Assembly: GCA_051294375.1 (NCBI GenBank)
Contig: CM119271.1
Span: 9,042,120 to 9,106,119 of the forward strand
Direction: 5' to 3'
DNA: 64,000 nt
DNA from: Paraspadella gotoi
Taxonomy: Eukaryota; Animalia; Chaetognatha
The notes beneath the pieces are model-generated. The model saw only the letters and a list, made by a program, of their open reading frames with translations. It was not told where the DNA came from and made no database searches. Each line of letters starts with the position of its first letter. Position 1 is the first letter of the stretch. This document shows, one piece after another, positions 42,601 through 54,758 of this stretch. A program made the position numbers and the translations under genes.

Positions 42601-45600
42601 ACTAACCGAATTAATACTTGGAGAAAGATTTAAGCAAACTCACTCATTCAATTATAATTCAATAATAAAAATATATTTTATTGCGGCAACAACATCAACG
42701 ACCTAGACAAGGAGACCAAGACAAGGAGACCAAGTCATAGCTAATATTTAACCAAGGTTGAACATTTGATTTCTTGGTTCATCGTTTATGTGGCCTGCTC
42801 TTCGATTTTGACGCCACCCTCGCCTCCGCTCGCCACGGCTTGAATTCGAACCTTCATCAGCACCAAAATGTTTTGTGAATTACTCACAAATTTTTATTTA
42901 AAAAAATTCAAATAATTAAACTGTCTTATAAAAAGATAAAAATAAAAAAACTAATTTTAATATAATTGTAAGAGTTTATATTAGACTGCTAAAACACGAG
43001 ATGCCATAAGGAAAAAACTTTGACATAAAAAAGCTTTGAAATTAACCTTGGGTAAGTTATCACTTAACTGTTTTTTCTTTATTTTTAAAAGATTGTTTTT
43101 CTATATAATTTCCCTACTTTTTTTAATTTTATTTAGGTTGAAAATGGTTGACACCTATCCCTACAGATATTAGATGCTGAATTTGTTCAGCTAATTTCAT
43201 ATTATAAATAATTAAATATATTATAAAGCAAAGTCAGAGATTCTTCCTGAATAAAATTAATTTATTCTTGTCAGACTGACGTACTATAAATTTCTGACGC
43301 TTTGATCAATTTTAATGGGACCTGAACCGCGCTTTATCTTTCAATAAGCTTTGCTTTATGTTTCTATATCTCAATGAAATTCATCCATCCAATATAGTTT
43401 TTTCGGTGTGAAAGAAGTGTCTTCTTTTTTTTGCGCCGCAGTGTAAACGATGGATCACATGCTCAATCATTTGTCCTAAAAAGCTGATGGCGCTGATGCC
43501 GCTGGGCCCTCCGACCGGCTAAGACGCAGACACGCCGTCGACATTTGCCCCGAGCTTTCAGGGCCCTTCGATCGGGCCTTTGCCCGCAGGTGTTGAAGCG
43601 GCGACGCTCTCCCCGTCATCCCGTTCATAGAGTGTCGGACTGATCGGTCCCATCCGATTTTGCCGTCGCGGCTTACCAGAGTCCCTCGGAGCCAGGGACC
43701 CGCCCAATTATTCAACTATTTTGTGAATTATAAAACGCACTGGCGTCAAAAGAACGAACGACGCCAAACAAACGCGCCGCGTTCGATTCTGTCGTCGCGG
43801 AGGTCAACGAAGCCTCCGAAAACGAAATTTAGGCTAAATTGTACATTATTACTTTGCAAACTGAAACTAAAACTGACCTGTGGTAGATAAGGTTTAATTA
43901 CGGTCGTCGAAAAGTTAACTTGAAATTTATATGGGTCAAAGAAGAGAAAGGAACACAGAAAAAATTTTGCAGTCCGTTCAATTATAATTTAATGATAAAG
44001 ATATATTATACTAACAATATTGCTGACATTTAGTGAGAACACTGACAACTGACTTAGGTTGATAATGCTTTAGCGCCGAATTCGCTTCTTGCTCCTCCAT
44101 CCTTCATTTGGCGCTACTATCATAAAGATCCACGTTTATTTACCATATTCAACAAACAGTTAAATTAATGTACTGCCAGCAAGCTCCTATTAATGCTCAT
44201 TACAAAAACTAAGATTAAAAACAAACTAACCTTTTATAATTTATTATCCCAATCTATGATCATTGGACATTTGATACCGATCCTCCAGTTAATGGGCTAT
44301 TAAATAAAATCTGTATTTGACTGTATTGCAGCTGACTATCGTTTTAAAACAGAAATATTTAAAGATTTTTTCAAGAGTGAGAGGCAAAAACAATTTATAT
44401 TCAAAACCAAAGGAAACACAAAAAAAAAACAATATTCAAGAAACTAAAGATTATTTATAGGGCAGATTGTCACCAAGCCTTTTTGCTGTCTTGTTTGGGA
44501 TCAGCCATCTGGGTTTGAAAGTAGTTGGCGGCGGATCCGGTCACGCTCACCGTCCTAGACGCGCTGAAGAAGGTTTAAAAATTAAACCGAAACATGTCCA
44601 ATAGTAATTGTTAACTCGTTGTTTAATGAAAATAAAATCTCTACAACTTTATAACTAAAATAATATATGTGTAAAAAATGGAGATCACTTATCTGCAAAG
44701 TTTTAACTAAAATAACCAAATATTACGCGAAATATGCCTCATTAACATTGTGATCACATGACTAGTTCTGCAAGGTGTAACTTCACAACTATGTAACATA
44801 AGCACATCAATCATTAACGGATACTGAAGAGACAGTAATTATTGATATGTGTTAATGACAAGAATGAGAAGAGATAGGCCCTATGGTCACATAATTGTGA
44901 ACAGGTGGTAATATAGTATATCATTCTCGTCGCACGCATCTCCACTTATCTCCTCTGTGTCACAAGTTCTTGCTAACTCATACAAAATCTGATCTCCTCT
45001 TCATCAAACAGTCACACACTCACTCCTCTGAAACCCTGCGGCCGAAATATATGATGCCTCACTTAACGATTGTGATTTCCACATGAACTCGAGGTGTTCT
45101 GCATAGGGTTCCTAAGACTTTCACATCACTAATTGTACTCTGCAACTCATATCCTCTCTACAGTCGGGGAAAGCACATCAATATTCTTAATCTCCTCGGT
45201 ACTTACTGAGGACCGAAAGACAGTAGATTAATCTGATATGTGTTAATCCACCTTCCGACCGGAAATTAACCGTTCAACGGCGTAATGTAAGTCACAGTCC
45301 TGAGACTTCGATTTCTGGTATCAGCCTGTAACACCATGTTACTACCTGGCGTGGTTAACAGCCCGAAAAAATTTTGATTCGGGCGCCAGTTACTGAAAAT
45401 TCTCCTTCGTGTAAACAGTGCCATAGTACACAATGAGACCCGGGTCATCCTCTCTGTCTCTGTTCCGGGCGAAAACGACGGCTCACCTCTCGTCCTACTT
45501 ACTCTTCACTAGGGTCTATCCGAACATCGTCCTCTATCTGGGGTAGAACGTCTCTATCAAGGCCGGAGAATAAGGGCAACGACTTATTGGGTTAAGGGAG

Positions 45601-48600
45601 GCGAAAATACCTGATTTTAGTGATGACTTTAGTATGGGCGCCGCTCCGAGAGGGCACGCAAATGCCGGAAGAGCGGGTGCTGGGAGAATGCAGGGATAGG
45701 CTGAGGGGCGCGGAAGTTCTGAGCGTAGTAGAGAGTAAGATCGTTATATATATGAGAGAATAATGGAACCACAAGTAGAGATAGGCCGGGCTATATGGGA
45801 CGACACATAACTCGAAATCGTCGCAAAGACAGGCAAGGAAAAGGAAAAGGTACCTACTCGTTCTGAGCGCATCTAGTTAATTTAAAATATCTGCGTGTAT
45901 TGTGTAGGAGTTTTATCCCCCTACGTTGAATTTCGGGTTGCATTAGCCATTTGCTTTTTAAAGAAGTTTAAACAGTGACCTGGCACAAGAAATGATATTT
46001 TGTGGTACAGTCGCCTCAAAATTAATATATAATAAATAATATGTTAAGAATTTTTTCGTTTTTTATGCATCTTTAATTTATGAGATAAATGTGACACTTG
46101 AATGAACATTGCATATTACTCTCCCCTAATTGAATATGATTTTTTAATAGAAGACAAACCAATTAGTGTGGAAAAAAAAATTAACGCTCTGCTCGCCGCA
46201 ACCTCCGAGAAGCCCATCATTGACCATGGTAGGGTGCGCTCAGTTGTAAGGCCANNNNNNNNNNNNNNNNNNNNNNNNNAAAATCATCAGCTGTAAAAAT
46301 AAAAGCATATCATTACCAGTAGGTATAATCTTACAAACAAAACAGCCCAAAGAAACTGCTGAAGATTAATAAAAAAATAAAAATAAAATCGTAAGTATTA
46401 AAAGTGCGAGAATAATCCGTACGCTACCAAGATGGAAAAAAAAATTGTCGCGGTTTGAAAAAGTAGGTTAATTTAATTATCAAATATATTTTTTGGTTGG
46501 TAAATAAGTTTTAATATATATTACGACATCTCTAAGAATGAATAAAAAGATTCTTTCTCAACAGCATAAAACTGTTTTTTAATATTATATTTTTAACATA
46601 TTTTTTATCTAATTNNNNNNNNNNNNNNNNTGCTGCATAATATGATGAACTTTCACTTCAACAAAATCTTGAATTTTTTTTTGGAATCGTTAGATATTTG
46701 GTTCAGCTAATATAACTTTTCAATATATTACTTTGCAATATATATACTCTTTTTTGATATTAATTAAGATTCATCCCGGAATCAATCCTAATGGAGATGA
46801 TGCAATAACCATTTGATATGAGACTGAGAAAAGGCAAAGGTTTTTAATAGTAACTCAAAAAATAAAATAAAATAAAAAACCGAAAATTAGTATAAATAAA
46901 AAATATCTTTATGTTCCTCTTTAAGAAAAACCTTGCTCTTCGTTTTCAATATGCCTCTAGAGCGTATTGTCCTGCAGGAATGTCACTTACCCTTAACCCT
47001 AACTTACCTCTAAAACTTACCCCTTACATTAACTTACCCCTAACTTATTTTTAACCTCAACTTATTTTTCTAATTAACTTATACTTATTCTTAATTTATT
47101 CTTCACCATAATTTATTGTAACCTTAATTATTACCCAAATATATAACAAAAATAACAAATATTAAAAAATTAGGATATCTGAATTTATGGTGGACTAAAA
47201 TCTACCAACCATTCATCAGCGGCCATTGGTGCCGGAGGCAAGTCATTCGCCTCCCAACCCAAAGGTCCAGGGTTCAAGCCCGGTGGTCGCCTTGAGGTTA
47301 AGAGGGACGGGGCGCTTAACCCGCCTGTAACACGGTGTTACAGCCTGATCCGAAGCTCAGGGACTGCTTATATTGAACGGTTCTGTCACTATCACATAAC
47401 AATAATTACTGTCTCTTCAAATTCTTTTTTTTCCCCCCGAAACATTATCCTCTTCTGTTCCGTTTTGTTCCTCTTTTTCCGTTAATTCTTTAAAAATAAC
47501 CTTGCTCTTCGTTTTCAATAGGCCTCCAGAGCGTATTAATCTCCAGGAAGGCCAAAATAGGTATTTTTAACTTTGAACGGATTAGAGAATAGGAGTGTAA
47601 TGGAGAATATTTAAAAAAAATTGAAATGAAATTAAATAAAGGAAAAAAATTATTAACCGAGAGCCGAGTGCGTCGCCGATAGCCGATTGCGTCGCCGAGA
47701 GAAGAGTCCGTCGCCGAGAGAAGAGTCCGTCGCCGAGAGAAGAGTGCGTTAAAAATACTAGAAAATCGTATCAGGGAGATGGCTATTGGTGACTAAATCA
47801 AAACTTAACAAAAAATTAATTCCGTGTCTAAACATATTCATACAAATAATAAAAAAATCCTAAATTTTTACGTAAAAGGTACCAAGCTTCATGTTATGTT
47901 AAAGGGGCACTTTTTGGCATAAGAAAAGTTTATTATCTTTTGATAATTACGAGCGACAATAAGATAAATTACAACGCTTAAATATTTCGCGATCGGACCA
48001 GATCGTAAGCACTTGTAAACTTTACTCGAGCACTTGATCCGTTTGTTTGTTGATTGATACAAAAATACGTTTTACAATTAGTTCAAAACAATAAACAATG
48101 TTAAAATATATGTCGAACGAAAGGTACAATTGAGTTGTTTACAAAACTGTAATGATCATCATTGTACATCGAATATTCTACAAAATAAACATTAAAAACG
48201 TTTCAATCTTCAGAGTCTGTGAATTCTTTTTGTCTGTGCTTTTTCGTTAAGCTCTCGTTAGTTTTCGCCGGCTCTGCCAATGCGCGTTGAGGCGAGGTAT
48301 TTTGTCCGTGTCGTTGATCCGACAGCGTCTTCAATGTTACTAAAATGTCTTGCTGGTCTGGATACATCAGAAAACTTCGAATATGCATCAAAGTGGACGA
48401 TCAAAGCGAATTATCCAAAATATTGTTTTAAAAATTTGGTAGATAGTTAATAAATAACTCAAATTATATTAAATTTAAAAAAATTTCATTTAAAAAACGC
48501 AACGAGAATGATTATTTATAACAAACGAGCCACGAAAATCCTCTTTCGGAAACCGCGGTCGCTCTTCGCAAGGCCATGGCTTTCGGATTTGGATTTCATG

Positions 48601-51600
48601 GTAGAGTCATTATGCTCGGTCGGGTCCAATATAAAGTGTTAATCGAAAGAAAAGCCCTTTGTTTTCTTAGGATTTAAAAAAAAAACACTTGAATTTTTCG
48701 TGCGCTCCACCCAGAAACAGAAGATAAAACCCTAATCTCGCCGAAGGGAAAATAAAAAGTAAAAAATACTATCGGCGTTACGTTCGAATGAATGACCGAA
48801 AAAGCAGTTCATTTGATTGTTAAATTAAACAAGCAAGCTTGCAAAAATCTAAACAAATTAAGATACCCTGTCTTAGCCAAGACGCCAATCTATCAGAATC
48901 TGTAAGGACAAAAAAATATCACATAGAGTTAGTAGAACGATCAAGTCTAAATGAGGAAGCCAAAAAAAACCGTAAACCGATCCACTTTGGTCCATTTTTT
49001 TTATGTCAAGATGACCGATTTTACTCGCGCTTCCACGGCCAAGGGCTTCCAAGACGCCACTGCTTTTCGAAATATGCCCATATTTATATATTAACGGGCA
49101 TCTGCCGTTCGAAGTTCGAGTGCGAGACCAGTAAAACTAAAGCCGAAATTGCTCGAAAAACCTGATCCCCGCCTCTCGCTAAACTCGTGATCTTGGCTAA
49201 TTTAGTAGTGATTTTAAGCTGAAATCGCGGCGCGGAGCAATCAAGCCAACACTGCATTCTTCTCGGTACCGTGGCGTATTGTGCGAACATGAAAAAAATA
49301 AAACCCGTTTCAGAAAGAGAAAACATCAGTGATTATTTTGATGTATTATAAAATAAAATTCAATAATTAGTTGCCATTTAAATCTAATAGTAAATTATAT
49401 TCTAAGTTTTGATTCACTACCCTGTAAATAAATATTGACTCAATTTTACTTACGCCGACGCGGTTTTGGCGGCTTTTGAGAAATCATTTAAAATATTTAT
49501 TTTTTTAAAAAAATTTTAAAATATATTAACTAATTACCTTTTAACCCTAACCACCCTAACTTAAACCACTCTTAACCCTAACCCCGTTCGTGAAAGTAAA
49601 AAGTAACTAAATATTTTTAAGTGGTTTTTTCAAAACCGCGGTTTCGCGAAAGTAAAATTTAGCCAGTTGTATTATAATTGAAGTAGATGCTAGATATATA
49701 TATAAATATTATATTGGCCAATACCTATAAAGGAGAATTATAAATAGTATTTATTACAAGAAATTGAGCGTTTCTTTAAATCATGGTGAGCTTTTGCTTT
49801 TAAATTTCAAATGACTAAGTATGTATAATTACATTGTATATTATAATAACATAGTATATTATAATAACATAGTATATTATTTAGTTTGTGTATTTTTCGG
49901 ACATTTTTCCAAGTAAGAGAAAAAAAAAAGTAATTTCTTCAGAAATTGGAAGATCAACTCCAGAGGCCTTCAATGATACGCAAGTCGGCTTTTGCACATT
50001 GGGCACCACCAGAGCAAAATCTGGGGCTGATGGATTCCGAAAGGTCGACCCTTGACGATTTCAAAGCTGAAAATGAAGATTTTGAATGCTCGTTTTACAT
50101 TTTAGGTGGATTTTTGATTTCGTCCTCGCTTCGGCTAAAGCTGCCAAGAGTGCCGGAGTCGATGAATTCCACTTGTGACATCTCAGGGATCCAATAAAGA
50201 TGCTTTTTTTCTTTACCCTAAACCAAGGGAGAGATTGAAGAGGCAATCAAAAGATCTCGGTTTCGATAGATACTACGTCTACCGTCCCGCATTTTTAATC
50301 GGTAGATTACCTACTAGTACTAGTACTAGACTTTTATTTCGAATATATCAGCTTTATACCGAACTTGGATAAATTTTGGTTGAATAAATCTAAAACTATG
50401 CTGAAAAAAAAATTATTAAAAAAAAATTGAAAGCACAAAACAGAAGTCCATATAATGATTAAATAGTGGACGCAAAAATTACGTTTGATACTGAGATAGA
50501 TTCGGTCTTTGCATACCAGAAGAAAATTGGAAAGTAGAAATAATAATTTATTCATAATGAATTAGCACAGTACTTCGAAGACTTCTGTCTTCCTCTAAGG
50601 TGCAAACATAAAGTGAAAAAAATTTTGTATCTATTAGGTTCACATAACTTGCTTCACAGAAGTCTCTTCCCTTTCACTATTTTTAATCATGTAAGTTTCT
50701 TCTTCTAAATTTCTATTGTCAGTTGGAAACCTGTTCCTAAGTTGTAGTTCATTCAAATAGCGATGTCGCCGGCGATTCACGCATATTGAGGTTGCGAGGT
50801 TGGTTCGACTGACCTTCGCCATGGCGATATCGCCAGGGCTTTGGCGATGTCGCCAGTCCCCCCACTGGCGACCTCGCCAGTGATAAAAGTAGCGAATATA
50901 ATGAAAAGCGCAGCTAACATGGGGATGAACATCACCTTCAGGCTCCTCTCCCACCCTAACCCTAAACCAAACCTCCCGTTCAACTCTGTGCTCTCCCCTA
51001 ACCCTAACCGGGGCCTGGGCCTCCGGTACATCTCCATGCCTCAACCCTAAACCCTAACCGCTTTGATGCATCAACCCGGGCCCCTCCCCAACCCTAAACT
51101 AGCCTCCCGTTCAACTCCATGCCTCTCCCCTAACCCTAACCCAGGCTCAGCCTCCCGTACATTCTCCGTGCCTCAACCTAACCCTAACCGCCTTCGATGC
51201 CATCAACCGGGTATTTATCGGGGGTCCGTCGCGCGTGCATGTGAGAGCGGTATCTGTTTCGTTGAGTCGCATCACCCTGCTGAGGAGTACTTATCTGATT
51301 AGATAGTCCTTTAGAAATCAAGAACTGGGGTAAGCAAAAGGTAAGCATCGGTTAACGATAGAAACAGCAATGATCTCTCAGGTAAGCTCGGCCTAGCCAC
51401 TATTCAAATAACATGAAACGCATAAACCAATAACCATATATATAAAAACCAACCCGACGATGGCCAACTAACATTAATGCGATCTGTATGAAATAGAACA
51501 TGATTAATCAAAGCATTGAAATAACAATGAACTGTATTGTTTATAAATAAATATCGATTGTTTATATTTTTAAAGATTTTACAAAAGGTAATAAGGTCGA

Positions 51601-53531
51601 CGGACCACGACGAGAGTTTATGTCCAACACCGCAACCCTACCCTAAACCAAGCCTCCGTTCAACTCCATCCTCCTCCCTAACCCTCAACAAGGCCCGGCC
51701 TCCCGTAACATCCGTACCTCAACCCTAACCCTTAATTGCCTTCGATATATAACCCACGGGCCTCTCTCCAACCCTAACCCTAAACCGGGCCCAGGCCTCC
51801 CGTACATCTCCGTGCCTCAAACCCTAACCCTAACGGCGGGCCTCTTGGTCATCAACAATACCCTCCCTACCCCTATCCCTAAAATTGACATTAATAATAA
51901 GCCTAAATAAACTTAACTTAACTCAACCCTAACCCTAACCCTAAACTACTCAACCCTAACCCTAAACTACTCAACCCTAACCCTAACTACTACCAACTCA
52001 ACCCTAACCCTAAAACCAACTCCAACCCTAACCCTAACCTAATCTGAGTTTAGTTTAGGCGAAATCGCCATAACTAGAACGCTAGATGTAGTTCAGTGCG
52101 AAATCGCCAAATCGTGACTTAGCCATGACGCCCTCGCCATTTGGCGATTTAGCTTGTGAACTACATCTAGCGTTCTAGTTATGGCGATTTCGCCTAAACT
52201 AAACTCAGATTAGGGTTAGGGTTGAGTTGGCTTAGGGTTAGGGTTGAGTTGGTAGTAGTTAGGGTTAGGGTTGAGTAGTTTAGGGTTAGGGTTGAGTAGT
52301 TTAGGGTTAGGGTTGAGTTAAGTTAAGTTATATTTAGGCTTATTATTTAATGTCAATTTTAGGGATAGGGGTAGGGAGGGTGTTGTTGATGACCAAGAGG
52401 CCCGCGTTAGGGTTAGGGTTGAGGCACGGAGGATGTATGGGAGGGCTAGGGAGGGCAGGCTGGCCTGGTTAGGTTAGGGAGAGGGCATGGAGTTGAACGG
52501 GAGGCTTAGTTTAGGGTTAGGGTTGGGGAGGGGCCCGTGGTTGATGCATCGAAGGCGGTTAGGGTTAGGGTTGAGGCACGGAGATGTACGGGAGGCTGAG
52601 CCTGGGTTAGGGTTAGGGAGAGGCACAGAGTTGAAACGGGAAGGCTTTGGTTTAGGGTTGGGGAGGGGCCCGTGGTTGATGCTTCAAGAAAGGGGTTAGG
52701 GTTAGGTTGGATGGGGCATGGAGATGTACGGAGGCAGGGCCTGGTTAGGTTTAGGGGAGAGGCACAGAGTTTGGAATCGGGAGGTTGGTTTAGCGGCTTA
52801 GGGTGTTGGGAGAGGAGACCTGAAGGTGATGTTCATCCCCGTGTTAGCTGCGCTTTTCGATTATATTCGCTTACTTTTTATCACTGGCGAGGTCGCCAGT
52901 GGGGGGACTGGCGACGATCGGGCTCAGGCGCTGACTGCGGGCAAGTATCGCCATGGCGAAGTCGCCAACCAACTAGAACCTTCTTTGTCCTAAGGCTTGA
53001 CTACTTTTGCCCCCTGTGGTGAAACTTTTTGTAGTAGAAGTTTCAATTTTCTTCTGGTATGCAAACACAGAATCTAATCCTACCAGAATCATGACTCTAA
53101 AAATATATATAAAATTACGTTTATTCACATTCTCAAATTCGTGAATCCAGGATTTAAAAAGTTAAAACTGAAAATAACTATGCCTCAAAGCATGTAAAGT
53201 TCCCTGTTCCTGTATCGAAAAGTTTTTGAAATTTAATTTCAATGCTTCAGGAACTAATCGCGATGAAACGAGAGTCGGAGAAAAGATCGCGCATTGTGTT
53301 TTATATCCAGTGATAAAGCTTTCGCCAACTTCAATATCCGTGCCTATTGAAACTGTGGCCAAGGCCATGGTCAATATCTGCGTGCAGCCACCAGAAATAT
53401 CTTCAAGCCCTTCGGAAGAGGGAAAGACGCAAGTCGTCGCCGACGACGAGAAAAAAATTAAAATTTTTGAAAACAAGGATATTCATCAGTACGGAGCTCC
53501 GGAATCCAACGATAACCCCAAACAGAAATGA
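39634..53531 (+). CDS. HTATIP2: Oxidoreductase HTATIP2/TIP30 (atypical SDR), 6 exons with a greatly expanded last intron
   Basis: KAFVVGYTGQIG Rossmann start; [80 protein letters not shown]; last exon (53251-53531) NRDETRVGEK..SVPIETVAKAMV..IFENKDIH. Confidence 0.92.
43478..43705 (-). ncRNA. Candidate structured non-coding RNA (unassigned)
   Basis: ~230-nt GC-rich island with several hairpins, a TATA-like element ~25 nt upstream and a T5 run at the 3' end; no convincing ORF. Confidence 0.25.
47219..47420 (+). mobile_element. tRNA(Gly)-like-headed SINE
   Basis: Acceptor stem GCGGCCA/TGGTCGC, A box TGGTGCCGGAGG, loop CTCCCAA, B box GGTTCAAGCCC but broken anticodon stem. Followed by ~130 bp body shared with the 29070 copy; tail also seen inverted at ~44825. 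Confidence 0.7.
47657..47748 (+). repeat. Short 18-19-bp tandem repeat (GCCGAGAGAAGAGTCCGTC-like, ~5 units)
   Basis: Directly visible tandem units. Confidence 0.8.
49201..50707 (+). other. Near-identical duplicate of 40655-42164 including HTATIP2 exons 4-5 (frameshifted); probable assembly artefact
   Basis: Differences are almost all 1-bp indels; the first copy ends exactly at the N gap 42165-42174. Confidence 0.7.
50800..52972. mobile_element. ~2.2-kb foldback (palindromic) element with telomeric-repeat satellite arms
   Basis: Left arm (CCCTAA-rich) and right arm (TTAGGG-rich) are reverse complements, including the outer TGGCGA/TCGCCA-rich segments. Near-perfect inner stem 52041-52095 / 52157-52211 around a short spacer. 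Confidence 0.8.
51242..51629 (-). mobile_element. Solo LTR inserted in the left arm of the foldback
   Basis: Highly similar to 63453-63842 (gaaatcaagaactgggg...gagagtttatgtccaaca); absent from the right arm. Confidence 0.75.
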
Positions 53532-54758
53532 CTGTAAAAATATTCTCAAAATTACCGATTAACTTTACGTGATCTTCTACGAGAGTGTTTGTCACTCCTA
53601 GACATGAAAATATAGCCAAATTCATTTAATTTTGGAACATTCAACTCTTATTTAATGCTACCAACCAGTTTTACTATCTTATTGTTTTTAATGTCTTTAA
53701 AAGTATAAAGAAGGCCTTGTGTTCAAAATTTTCTTCTGCGAGAAAATGAAGAAGGCTCTATGTATAAGTACTGGAAAACAGAAATTCACCCAACTGCAGT
53801 TTTTCACTGCCAAAGCCAACAAAGAAAAATTTCAAATACTTAGTTTGAACCTGATATTTAACAACTTGGTATGTGTAATTAAAGCAAAAAAATGAAATTT
53901 AATAATTTAATTTAATAATTTTATTTTTAGGGACCGCGCTTTTATTCCGTAATTATTGCCAGCTAGATTAGAATAGCTTTTTCTAATAAATGAAATCTTT
54001 TAATTAAGTTTTGTTTTGGCCGTTATTCCTTTTTAAGATTATTAATGACTATAAAGTAGGTCCCATAATATTAAGATAATAATAATAATTCCAGGACTTT
54101 CAATATTTTACCTTCAGTCAATTAACTTTAAACAACTTAATTTTAAGTTTCTATGGTTATTTTATCGTCTGTAGATTTTCGTAGATTCTTAAATGGATTA
54201 CAGCTTACAATTAACTTTTTATCTGACTCTCAATATTCTGAAAGTATGTATTGTGGTGCTAAAAAGATTTTTTTCGAATTTTTCCTTATTTTTAAAAATT
54301 ATTAGTCATTGAATTCCGAAGCACGTGAAAAAAGTCTTCAGATTGTATTTTTTAAGGCCTTGAAAAAATTTTGGCAATTCGGGTTAGGAGTGCTTTCATA
54401 CCGTTTTCAATGTACATAAAACTTATTTTATAATTTAAAAAAAGACGTTATATAAATTTAGCAAGAACTATTTTTCGAAGGCGCAAAGCACCAACTTTAA
54501 GCACATCATAGGTGCTAAAATGTTCATTTTGCGTAAGACATGATTCCTTGATTTGCCATTCAGTATTTTTTAAAACTTTTTATATTTTATGTTACGCGGG
54601 TCTACTATTGCAAAGCTTTTTCTTTGCTCAGGTTATATAAAATCTTTATTAAAGGTTTAATGATGGATTAGAGGATGTAAAAAATGTAAACTGTAAAAAA
54701 TGAATTATGATTGGGGATAATAGTGTCCCCGTATTCCTCACCACCAAATCGCTTTAAC

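Noticed and set aside
42830-42865. Second hammerhead (minus-strand CTGATGA-AGGTT..AAGCC)
   Set aside because: The required GAAA after stem II is missing (GTGG).
43540-43562. RNase P RNA from a CR-I-like GAAAGCTCGGGG on the minus strand
   Set aside because: Motif lies too near the 3' T-run and no convincing CR-IV/CR-V is found at the expected spacing.
44700-45870. Repeated garbled segments as a possible gene or array
   Set aside because: Noisy partial duplicates including SINE-tail pieces between gaps; no coherent ORF, likely low-quality consensus.
47219-47290. Functional tRNA-Gly gene
   Set aside because: Anticodon stem does not pair, no T-run terminator directly after, and it continues into a body shared with another dispersed copy.
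51900-52320. Ancestral telomere-telomere fusion site
   Set aside because: Polarity is CCCTAA then TTAGGG, the opposite of a fusion, and the repeats are embedded in structured arms.
50640-53022. ORFs rich in PNPNP / LGLGLG
   Set aside because: Translations of CCCTAA/TTAGGG satellite, not protein-like.
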